From an uncultured Anaerolineaceae bacterium (lineage in GTDB: Bacteria > Chloroflexota > Limnocylindria > Limnocylindrales > CSP1-4): a stretch of DNA of 59,742 bases. Below the pieces are notes generated by a model, which saw only the letters and a program-made list of their open reading frames with translations, made no database searches and was not told the origin of the DNA. Position 1 is the first letter of the stretch. The number at the start of each line of letters is the position of its first letter. A program made the translations under genes and the position numbers. Shown here in pieces: positions 36,263-44,216 of the stretch. The stretch lies in the NCBI GenBank assembly GCA_964475245.1, contig CAYYVV010000013.1:1-59742 (forward strand), in the 5' to 3' direction.

Positions 36263-36775
36263 ATGACCGATTCCACGGCGACCGCAATGCCGGCCGAGGG
36301 CGCCACGGCGCCCGATTTCACCCTGTACGACGATACCGGCGCCGAGCGCCACCTGTCCGACCGCCGCGGCGCGTGGACGGTGTTGTTCTTCTATCCCAAG
36401 GACGACACCTCGGGGTGCACGACCGAGGCCTGCGAGTTCCGTGACGCCCACGCCGAGTACGGCACGCGCAACACCGAGGTGTGGGGCATCAGCATTCTGG
36501 GCACGGGCAGCAAGGCGCGCTTCAAGGCCAAGTTCGGCCTGACCTCGGTGCTCCTCGCTGACGAGGACCATGCCGTTTCCGAGCGCTACGGCACGTGGGT
36601 CGAGAAGATGAACTACGGCAAGCCGTACATGGGCATCCAGCGCGCCACGTTCCTGGTCGATCCTGACGGTCGCGTGGCTCGTCTGTGGCCGAAGGTCAAG
36701 CCGGAAGGCCACGCCCAGCAGGTGCTCGACGCCCTCGACGAAGAGCAGTCGCGGCGCACCACTCCGCGGGCATGA
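36263..36775 (+). CDS. bcp: BCP/PrxQ peroxiredoxin
   Basis: FFYPKDDTSGCTTEAC (peroxidatic and resolving Cys) and RATFLVDPDG. Confidence 0.92.
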   Translation: MTDSTATAMPAEGATAPDFTLYDDTGAERHLSDRRGAWTVLFFYPKDDTSGCTTEACEFRDAHAEYGTRNTEVWGISILGTGSKARFKAKFGLTSVLLADEDHAVSERYGTWVEKMNYGKPYMGIQRATFLVDPDGRVARLWPKVKPEGHAQQVLDALDEEQSRRTTPRA

Positions 36776-36776
36776 C

Positions 36777-36812
36777 GAGGCATCGCCCGTGGGGGGAGAC
36801 GAGCGATGCCTC
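36777..36812 (+). terminator. GC-rich hairpin just after the bcp stop (no U tract; terminator or 3' stabiliser)
   Basis: GAGGCATCGC-(16 nt)-GCGATGCCTC, a perfect 10-bp stem. Confidence 0.4.
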
Positions 36813-36893
36813 GGCGCGAAGCATACACAGTGGTAAGTGCCGCGCAACCTTCCAGCCAGCCGTGTTTATTGGTGCCGAAAGCCTGAATTACAA

Positions 36894-37631
36894 ATGGATA
36901 TAACGAGCCCGACGACTGCTCACGAAGACCGTCCGGCACGGGCTCTGGTCATAGTTGCGCACCCCGACGACGCGGACTTCGGAGTGGCTGGCACACTGGC
37001 CAAATGGATCCGTGGCGGCACCGTCGCGCGCATGGTCTGCTGCACGAGCGGCGACGCCGGCGCGGACGACGCGCGCGCTGATCCGCTGCTGCTCGCGCGC
37101 ACGCGCGAGGCTGAGCAGCGCGCGGCAGCAGCAGTCGTCGGCTACGAGTCCGTTGATTTCCTGCACCGCCCGGATGGCGCCCTCGAGAACGATCTGGCGT
37201 TGCGCGAGCAGCTCGTCAGAATCATCCGCGAATTTCGTCCCGACGCAGTCGTTTGCATGGATCCGCGCGTCGTCATTGGCCGCGGCGGCCACATCCAACA
37301 CGTCGATCATCGCAACGCTGCGATAGCTGCCGTGGACGCGGTCTATCCGGCGGCGCGCAACGCGCTGGCCTTCCCGCACCTGGTCATCGACGAGGGCCTC
37401 GAGCCGGTCAACGTCGATCTCGTCTACCTCTTCTTCACCGACCAGCCCGACACGTTCGTCGACATCTCCGACACGATCGACGTCAAGATCGCCGCGTTGC
37501 GCGAGCACGCCAGCCAGCTGCGCCAGCCCGAGAAGCTCGAGGAGATGCTGCGCGCGTGGGCCAAGGACGATGGCCAGCGCATCGCCACGGCCGGCGCCGA
37601 GGCGTTCTGCCTGGTGAACCTGGCGCGGTGA
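36894..37631 (+). CDS. PIG-L family deacetylase
   Basis: VIVAHPDDADFG, CTSGDAG, REAEQRAAA and HVDH. Confidence 0.88.
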   Translation: MDITSPTTAHEDRPARALVIVAHPDDADFGVAGTLAKWIRGGTVARMVCCTSGDAGADDARADPLLLARTREAEQRAAAAVVGYESVDFLHRPDGALENDLALREQLVRIIREFRPDAVVCMDPRVVIGRGGHIQHVDHRNAAIAAVDAVYPAARNALAFPHLVIDEGLEPVNVDLVYLFFTDQPDTFVDISDTIDVKIAALREHASQLRQPEKLEEMLRAWAKDDGQRIATAGAEAFCLVNLAR

Positions 37632-37641
37632 ACCTGGCGGG

Positions 37642-38793
37642 CTAGCCCGGATTCAGCAGCAGCGGCCGCAGCCGGCCCCACATGTCCCACAGTTGCGACA
37701 GGCGCGCGCCGCGCGGGCCGAGGAAGGCCATCACGTGCTCCAGGTCGAGATTGGGCGCCCGACTGGCCAGGTACTCCTCGACTGCGACCGTCGTGCCCAG
37801 CCACAGTGAGTTGATCGCTTCCTGGGCCGCCGGCCGGCGCAGCGCGCGCGGATCGAGGCCGACGTGCGACACGGCAATCGCGAGCTCGCGCATCGTCGGC
37901 ACGCGCTCGTCTGCCCAGCCCTCTCGGCCGTCGAAGCGGTAGCCCATCGAGGCAAGGCTGGCGACGACGCGCCGCGCGCCTTCGCCGGGGAACTGGCTCC
38001 AGAACGGATGCTCGGCTGGGAGGCGGAGAGCGTTGTCCTCCAGGGCGCGCGCCGCGAGCTGCTCGCGCAGCTCCAGCAACAGGAGCTGGAGGCGGCCGGC
38101 CTCGACGCCCGTCTCCTCGGCCAGCCGCAGGCCGAGCGACAGCAACGTGTCGCGGTCGCCGCGCAGGACGAGCGTGATCGGGCGCACGCGATGCGGCGCG
38201 GGCTGAGCGGCAGTGGCTGGATCTGGCGCATCCTGGTCGTCGGGCGTCGCAGGCTGAGCGGGCCCATCCGGTCTGTGGATTCGGCTCTGCGCCTCTTCCT
38301 CGCACGTCGCGAGCGCGCGGCGTGCCTCAATGCAGGCCACCTGCGCGGATTCGGCCGAGATCCGGGCGGCGTCGGCGGCAAGCTCGATGCCCGGCATTGC
38401 CCGTTCGAGCTCCGTGGCGCGGCGGACGACGTCCTCGGCGCGCCGATCGGCGAGCGCGACCTGGCGGTTCAGGCGATCGATGTCGCGCAGCCAGCTGTGC
38501 GCCGCTTCCTGGACCTGGGCCGCACTTGCGGCCGCCATCATCGCTGCGCGATATGCGAGGCGGGCAGCATTCTTGGTCGCGTCCAGCTGGCGCCGGTCGC
38601 GCACCATCGCGTCGGCTTCCCTGAGCGTGCTCACCTGGTGTAGCTGCCTTCTCGCCTCGCGCAGGCGCAGCTGGTGCGCGACCGCCGCCTGCCCCAGCCG
38701 CTCAGCCTCGGCACAGCGTGAATCGACCGCGGCCCGAGCCGGAGCGCACGGCCCACCGAGCGGCTCCGCGGATGCGGATGAGGACGTCGCCAT
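37642..38793 (-). CDS. Hypothetical protein with long N-terminal coiled coil
   Basis: Ala/Arg/Glu-rich heptad region followed by a globular C-terminus. TACGCT lies 7 nt before the ATG. Confidence 0.65.
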   Translation of the reverse strand: MATSSSASAEPLGGPCAPARAAVDSRCAEAERLGQAAVAHQLRLREARRQLHQVSTLREADAMVRDRRQLDATKNAARLAYRAAMMAAASAAQVQEAAHSWLRDIDRLNRQVALADRRAEDVVRRATELERAMPGIELAADAARISAESAQVACIEARRALATCEEEAQSRIHRPDGPAQPATPDDQDAPDPATAAQPAPHRVRPITLVLRGDRDTLLSLGLRLAEETGVEAGRLQLLLLELREQLAARALEDNALRLPAEHPFWSQFPGEGARRVVASLASMGYRFDGREGWADERVPTMRELAIAVSHVGLDPRALRRPAAQEAINSLWLGTTVAVEEYLASRAPNLDLEHVMAFLGPRGARLSQLWDMWGRLRPLLLNPG

Positions 38794-38926
38794 ATGAGCG
38801 AGCGTAGGTTTTCAGGCCCATCCGCGTCTATGGGACCGTTGGCGCCGCATGCCAGCGAACGCGGGCGATGCTACGATCGGCGGCGGTGGCAACCGAGCAC
38901 AGACTGCCCCACGAGGTTTGATCCTT

Positions 38927-40783
38927 TTGGCCATCGATCCCAACCAGGAATTCCTGGTTCAGCCTGTCGACGCTTCCTGGCTTCAGTGCAATATCGAGTG
39001 CCAGGAAGCGTGCCCCGTGGGCACGAACTGTCGCGGGTACCTGAACCTCGCCGCTGAGGGCCGCTTCGAGGAGGGCTACATCCTCGCGCGCGAGCCGAAT
39101 CCGGTCGCGGCGATGTGCGCCTACGTCTGCTCCGCCCCATGCGAGCGCGCGTGCCGGCGCGGCGACATCGATCGGCCGCTGTCGATCAGGGCCATGAAGC
39201 GCTTCCTGACCGAGTGGCACCAGGCGAGCGGCATCCCTGACGACATGCCCCAGATAACGCCGCGCGACACGAAGGTGGCCGTTGTCGGCGCTGGCCCGGC
39301 CGGCATCTCCGTCGCCCGCGAGCTGGCCACGGCCGGCCACCAGGTCACGGTCTTCGACGAGCTGCCCTACGGCGGCGGCACGATGCTCATCGGCGTGCCC
39401 GCCTTTCGCCTGCCGCGCGAGGCGATCGAGATGGACCTCAAGCTCGTGGAGCGGCTCGGCGTCCGCTTCCGGTACGGCGTGCGCATCGGGCGTGAGATCA
39501 CATTCGAGGAGCTCCAGCAGCAGTACGACGCGATCGGCATCTGCGCCGGAGCGATGAACGCCGTCCCGCTTGACGTTCCCGGCGGCGATCTCGAAGGCAT
39601 CCAGTACGGCGTCGACTACATGAAGAAGGCCAACCTGGGCGAGCCGATGGACGTCGGCGACAACGTCGTCATCATCGGCGGCGGCTACACCGCGATGGAC
39701 TGCGCGCGAACTTCGCTGCGCTACGGCTCGAGCAACGTCACGATTGCGTACCGCCGCACGCGCTCGGAGCTCGTGGTCGACGAGGAGGAGCTCGGCGAGA
39801 CCGAGCGCGAGGGCGTCCGGATGGAGTTCCTGGTCAGCCCGGTCGAGGTGCTGGGCGACGAGAAGGGCCACGTCCGCGCCGTCAAGTTCGTCCGCAACCG
39901 CCTCGGCGAGCCGGACGCGACCGGCCGCCGCGCGCCCGTGCCCATAGAGGGCAGCGAGTTCGAGATCCGCGCCGACACGGTCATCCCCGCCGTCAGCCAG
40001 GCCGCGGACAACACCTTCTTGCCCGTCGAGTCGAGCTTCGAGATCAACCGCGGCCGCGTCCGCGTCGATCCCGGCACGTACGCGACCAACGTCCGTGGCG
40101 TGTTCGCCTGCGGCGACTTCGTGACCGGGCCGACGACGCTGATCGAGGCCGCCGGCCACGGCAAGAAGTGCGCCTATGCCATCGACCGCTACCTGTCCGG
40201 CCGGCGCGAGGTCGACGTCGACGCCAATGTGCGCATCATCAGCTCGTGGCGCCACGAGATGCCCGAGTACTACGACGTCCTGCCGCGCGTCCACGTCCCG
40301 ATGGCGCCTGTCGCGGCGCGCTTCACGGCAGCCGCCGACCCGACCGTCAACTTCAGCACGCCCGTTGAGCTCGGCTACAGCGCCTCGCAGGCGGTGACCG
40401 AGGGCACGCGCTGCCTGATGTGCAACTACAACATCTGGTTCGACGGCTTCCGCTGCGTGCTGTGCGGCGCGTGCGCCGATGTCTGCCCTGAAGGCGTCAT
40501 CCACATGATCGACATCAACCAGATGAAGTCGGAGGGCCCGCTGCCCGAGCTCGTCGACGCCTACGGCTGGTCCGACGGAGCGGCGATGGTGCTCGACGAG
40601 GAGCGCTGCATCCGTTGCGCATTGTGTGTCAAGCGATGCCCGTATGACGCCATTACCATGGAGCGGTTCGAGCTCCAGGAGATCAGCTCCGACGGGCGCC
40701 TCTACAAGGAGAGCTACCGGGATACCCAGCTGGGGCTCGCTGGCATCGGTAACCGCGCCGAGGCGGGAGGATACGTTCGTTGA
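38927..40783 (+). CDS. GltD/NfnB/DsrL-like FAD-dependent NAD(P)H oxidoreductase with N-terminal Fer4_20 and C-terminal 2[4Fe-4S] ferredoxin domain
   Basis: CNIECQEACP...CAYVCSAPCERACRR, GAGPAG, FRLP, GGGYTA.D + AYRR, RCLMC, CVLCGACADVCP and CIRCALCVKRCP. Start is TTG 38927 or 38918. Confidence 0.9.
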   Translation: MAIDPNQEFLVQPVDASWLQCNIECQEACPVGTNCRGYLNLAAEGRFEEGYILAREPNPVAAMCAYVCSAPCERACRRGDIDRPLSIRAMKRFLTEWHQASGIPDDMPQITPRDTKVAVVGAGPAGISVARELATAGHQVTVFDELPYGGGTMLIGVPAFRLPREAIEMDLKLVERLGVRFRYGVRIGREITFEELQQQYDAIGICAGAMNAVPLDVPGGDLEGIQYGVDYMKKANLGEPMDVGDNVVIIGGGYTAMDCARTSLRYGSSNVTIAYRRTRSELVVDEEELGETEREGVRMEFLVSPVEVLGDEKGHVRAVKFVRNRLGEPDATGRRAPVPIEGSEFEIRADTVIPAVSQAADNTFLPVESSFEINRGRVRVDPGTYATNVRGVFACGDFVTGPTTLIEAAGHGKKCAYAIDRYLSGRREVDVDANVRIISSWRHEMPEYYDVLPRVHVPMAPVAARFTAAADPTVNFSTPVELGYSASQAVTEGTRCLMCNYNIWFDGFRCVLCGACADVCPEGVIHMIDINQMKSEGPLPELVDAYGWSDGAAMVLDEERCIRCALCVKRCPYDAITMERFELQEISSDGRLYKESYRDTQLGLAGIGNRAEAGGYVR

Positions 40784-41508
40784 GCTTTCTCGAGCGTGTA
40801 GACGTGGCTGTCAGGCGCAGCGCGGCCTTCCGTTCGCTGTTCCGCCAGCCCTACCCCACCGACGAGCGATCGCGTGCCTACGCGGTCATGAACAACGTCT
40901 TCCTGCACCTCCACCCGGTGCGCGTCCGGCAGCACGCGGTCAGGTTCGCGTACACGTTCTGCCTCGGCGGACTGTCGTTCTTCTTCTTCCTAGTGCTCGT
41001 CGTGACCGGCGTGTTCCTGATGTTCTTCTATATCCCGTCGTCGACGTCGGCGTATACGGACATCCTGAACATCCAGGCCCAGGTGCCATTCGGGCTGCTG
41101 ACCCGCAACATCCACCGCTGGGCCGCGCACTTAATGGTCTTCTTCGTCTTCCTGCACATGATGAGGGTCTTCTACCACGGCGCCTACAAGCCGCCGCGCG
41201 AGTTCAACTGGGTCATCGGCGTACTGCTGCTGTTCTTCACCGTGGCGCTCTCGTTCACCGGCTACCTGCTGCCCTGGGATCAGATCGCGTTCTGGGCCGT
41301 GACCATCGGCAACAGCATCGCGGGCTACGTGCCGCTTCTGTCGCGGCCGTCGCAGTTGCTCATCTTCGGCGGCATCGAGGTCAGCCAGAACACGCTCCTA
41401 CGCTTCTACGTGCTGCACGTGATCCTGTTGCCGCTGACCGCGGCTATCTTCCTCGCCGTGCACTTCTGGCGCATCCGGAAGGACGGCGGCATCTCAGGGC
41501 CGCTCTAG
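40780..41508 (+). CDS. Cytochrome b6-type N-terminal subunit (PetB/QcrB-like)
   Basis: YTFCLGG (heme-ci Cys), HRWAAHLMVFFVFLH, GYLLPWDQ.A.WA and LHVILLP...VH. Four TM segments. TTG overlaps the upstream TGA. Confidence 0.93.
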   Translation: MSFLERVDVAVRRSAAFRSLFRQPYPTDERSRAYAVMNNVFLHLHPVRVRQHAVRFAYTFCLGGLSFFFFLVLVVTGVFLMFFYIPSSTSAYTDILNIQAQVPFGLLTRNIHRWAAHLMVFFVFLHMMRVFYHGAYKPPREFNWVIGVLLLFFTVALSFTGYLLPWDQIAFWAVTIGNSIAGYVPLLSRPSQLLIFGGIEVSQNTLLRFYVLHVILLPLTAAIFLAVHFWRIRKDGGISGPL

Positions 41509-41541
41509 GCCAGCCATGGACCCACGCTCGAACGGACTGAA

Positions 41542-42186
41542 ATGACCGAAGACAAGTCGCGACTACCCGCTCCGACTGCACCCGCCGAGCCGAGCGCCCC
41601 ACGGCGCAGCACGCTACCCGCCGCGCCGCCCGAGCGACGCACGACGGAGATCGACAAGCAGCGCGTGCCCATGGCCGCGAAACCGTACCGGCTCCTGGCG
41701 CTGGTCAAGCAGGACGCTGTCGTTCGCGTTCAAAAGGAACCCGACGACACGGTCATGACCTGGCCGCACCTGCTGGCGATCGAGTTCTTCGCGGCGGCGA
41801 TGATGAGCGTCCTCCTGCTGCTGATGGGCGTCTTCGTCAACGCGCCGCTCGAGGATCTGGCCAACCCGAACACGACTCCGGTCGTGGCCAAGGCGCCGTG
41901 GTACCTGGTCGGCATCCAGGAGCTGCTCGCCTATTTCCACCCGGTCGTCGCCGGTGTGATGTCGATCGCCTACATCATCGTCGGCGCGCTGGTCATCCCG
42001 TACATCGACCGCGGCCCGCGCGGCGACGGCGGCTCGTCGCGACCCAGCGACCGCAAGCTCGGCATCATGCTGTTCACGATGTTCGCCGCCAGCGGCCTCG
42101 TCATCACGTTCCTGGGCGCCTTCTTCCGCGGCCCGGGCTACAACTACATCGTGCCGTGGACCGACGGCCTGTTCTTCGCTCTCTAG
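41542..42186 (+). CDS. Cytochrome b6 subunit IV-like protein (PetD/QcrC-N/ExtQ-like)
   Basis: WPHLL, LANPNTTP..AKAPWY (PEWY position), IPYID and three TM segments. Confidence 0.88.
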   Translation: MTEDKSRLPAPTAPAEPSAPRRSTLPAAPPERRTTEIDKQRVPMAAKPYRLLALVKQDAVVRVQKEPDDTVMTWPHLLAIEFFAAAMMSVLLLLMGVFVNAPLEDLANPNTTPVVAKAPWYLVGIQELLAYFHPVVAGVMSIAYIIVGALVIPYIDRGPRGDGGSSRPSDRKLGIMLFTMFAASGLVITFLGAFFRGPGYNYIVPWTDGLFFAL

Positions 42187-42207
42187 GGGGAAGCCTGGCA
42201 AACGAAC

Positions 42208-42876
42208 ATGGGTAACTGGAAGCTGGCCCGTTGGCAGGAACCGCAGACGCTGACGCGCGACGTGTTGCGCGAGATGCGCCGCGGCCGGCCGGCGGGCATG
42301 TCACGGCGCACGCTCATCCGGCGCTCGATCGGCGCCGGCGTGGCGCTGTGGCTGCTCGAGGTAACCGGCGGGCTGCTCGGCTTCCTGTGGCCCAACCTGT
42401 CGAAGGGCTTCGGTGGGCAGCTGACGCTCGGCGATCAGCCGACCGTCTCGGCCAGCCCGGCCGTGCAGGGCGTGTCCCTGTCGGACGGGGCGCCGGCATA
42501 TTTCGCACCGGCTCGAACCTATGTCCAGTTGCTCGACTACACGCGCGGCTTCAACGACGGCACCAGCAGCGACGGCACGGGCGACACGACCAACGTGCGC
42601 ACGCTCTACCAGCGTTGCCCGCACCTGGGCTGCAAGCCCAACTTCTGCACGACCAACTACTGGTTCGAGTGCCCGTGCCACGGCTCGCGCTATGACCGGG
42701 TCGGGACCAAGATCAAGGAGCTCGGTCCCGCGCCGCGCAGCCTCGACCGCTTCGCGCACACGATCAAGGGCGGCGTGCTGACCGTCGACACCTCCAAGAT
42801 CAACCTCGGCCCGCTGCCCGTCGCGCTTGGCCAGCCCGGGCTCATCCCGGCACGCTCTCCGCAGGGCTGCATATGA
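42208..42876 (+). CDS. Rieske [2Fe-2S] subunit (Tat-exported)
   Basis: SRRTLI twin-arginine signal with TM helix, CPHLGC and CPCHGSRY. Confidence 0.93.
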   Translation: MGNWKLARWQEPQTLTRDVLREMRRGRPAGMSRRTLIRRSIGAGVALWLLEVTGGLLGFLWPNLSKGFGGQLTLGDQPTVSASPAVQGVSLSDGAPAYFAPARTYVQLLDYTRGFNDGTSSDGTGDTTNVRTLYQRCPHLGCKPNFCTTNYWFECPCHGSRYDRVGTKIKELGPAPRSLDRFAHTIKGGVLTVDTSKINLGPLPVALGQPGLIPARSPQGCI

Positions 42877-44216
42877 GCGACAACCGGAGCGGCCGCGACC
42901 TCGTGCCGCGGCCCGAGGAGCCCGGCTCTGCCGTCACGCCGCGCGAAGCCGGCCTGCCCGCGAACGCCCCGGCCGATGAGCGCTTCTCCGCCGGCCAACA
43001 GGCGCACACCGTCGGGCTGAGCGAGGAGCGCGTCGCCAAGATCGTCAAGCAGAGCGGCAACGCGCGCATGTACGCGTTCCTTGCTGCGCTGTTCCTGGTC
43101 CTGTTCATCCCCATCTACTGGCTGTACGACATCGGCTTGCCCGTGATCGGCGACAGCGGCCGCCTCGCGAACGAGGCCAACCAGCAGCAGGTGACGGACA
43201 TCTCGCAGGGCTATGCCCTCTTCCTCGCCAACTGCGCGCGCTGCCATGGCAACAACGGCGAGGGTGGCGTCGGCCCGCCGCTCAATGACCAGGCCAAGCT
43301 GTACAACGCGCTCACGCCTCAGGGCGATCCCGGCAACGGCCACCTCAACCCGAACTACATCCAGAATGTGCTGACCGTCGGCGGCCGCTACGTGTGCGGC
43401 GACCCCAACAGCGTCATGCCCATCTGGGCGCAGCCCAACGGTCCGTTGAACTACCTCCAGATCCAGCAGATCATCGACTGGATCACGGCCAGCAGCAGCA
43501 CGTCCTTCGTCTACCAGCCGGCCGTGCCGGAAGGGCAGGCCGGAGCGACCGCGCCGCCGGCAGTGACCATCCACGGCTGGACCGATCCCAACTACAGCCC
43601 TGCGCCGGACGCGACCGCCGTGCCGGCATGCTGGCGCGGCACCTCGGTCACTGGCAGTGGCGGCTCGGCCGCGCCGTCGCTCGCGCCGGTGACCAGTCCG
43701 GGCACGGCCCAGAACCCGCGCATCGTCCAGGTCGAGGGCACGCCCAGCGCGCAGTGGGTCGACGCGACAACCGGCCAGCCGATCAGCCAGCTCGCGGTCG
43801 TGCCCGGTGAGACGATCGAGTTCCAGGTCAAGACCGACACTCTGGCCCACAACTTCCACATCGGCTCGGCGGCCGACCTGTCAGCTGCGCCCGAGCACAA
43901 CGACCTGCCCGGACTCGACACCTTCTCCGGCAACACGCAGAACTTCATCTACACCGTGCCGGGCGACCCGTCCGGTCTCCAGTTCGCGTGCACGGTGCCC
44001 GGCCACTACCAATCGATGCACGTCGACCTCGTGGCCCTGGGCGGCGGATCTGCGTCTCCGGGGGCATCGGGCGCGGCACCGTCCGCCGCGCCGCAGTCGG
44101 GCGCGCCGCAGTCTGCGGAACCGTCGGGATCGACCGCGCCGGCCGTGTCGGCAGCTCCTTCTCCGGCGCCGTCGGCAGCTCCATCGGCGGCTCCCAGCAC
44201 GGCACCCGCCTCGTAG
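42873..44216 (+). CDS. Membrane-anchored monoheme cytochrome c fused to a type-1 copper cupredoxin domain
   Basis: N-terminal TM segment, CARCH (43233-47), distal MP, then HNF (His 43848) and CTVPGHYQSM (43989-44018), ending in an Ala/Pro/Ser tail. Confidence 0.88.
   Translation: MSDNRSGRDLVPRPEEPGSAVTPREAGLPANAPADERFSAGQQAHTVGLSEERVAKIVKQSGNARMYAFLAALFLVLFIPIYWLYDIGLPVIGDSGRLANEANQQQVTDISQGYALFLANCARCHGNNGEGGVGPPLNDQAKLYNALTPQGDPGNGHLNPNYIQNVLTVGGRYVCGDPNSVMPIWAQPNGPLNYLQIQQIIDWITASSSTSFVYQPAVPEGQAGATAPPAVTIHGWTDPNYSPAPDATAVPACWRGTSVTGSGGSAAPSLAPVTSPGTAQNPRIVQVEGTPSAQWVDATTGQPISQLAVVPGETIEFQVKTDTLAHNFHIGSAADLSAAPEHNDLPGLDTFSGNTQNFIYTVPGDPSGLQFACTVPGHYQSMHVDLVALGGGSASPGASGAAPSAAPQSGAPQSAEPSGSTAPAVSAAPSPAPSAAPSAAPSTAPAS

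Noticed and set aside
38927-40783. DsrL/sulfur metabolism or glutamate synthase small subunit
   Set aside because: The architecture is similar, but no dsrAB or gltB is adjacent and the gene is coupled to cytochrome b6.
40780-44216. Evidence for photosynthesis (b6f plus plastocyanin)
   Set aside because: No cytochrome f, reaction centre or chlorophyll genes are in the window. b6-type complexes also occur in non-phototrophs.
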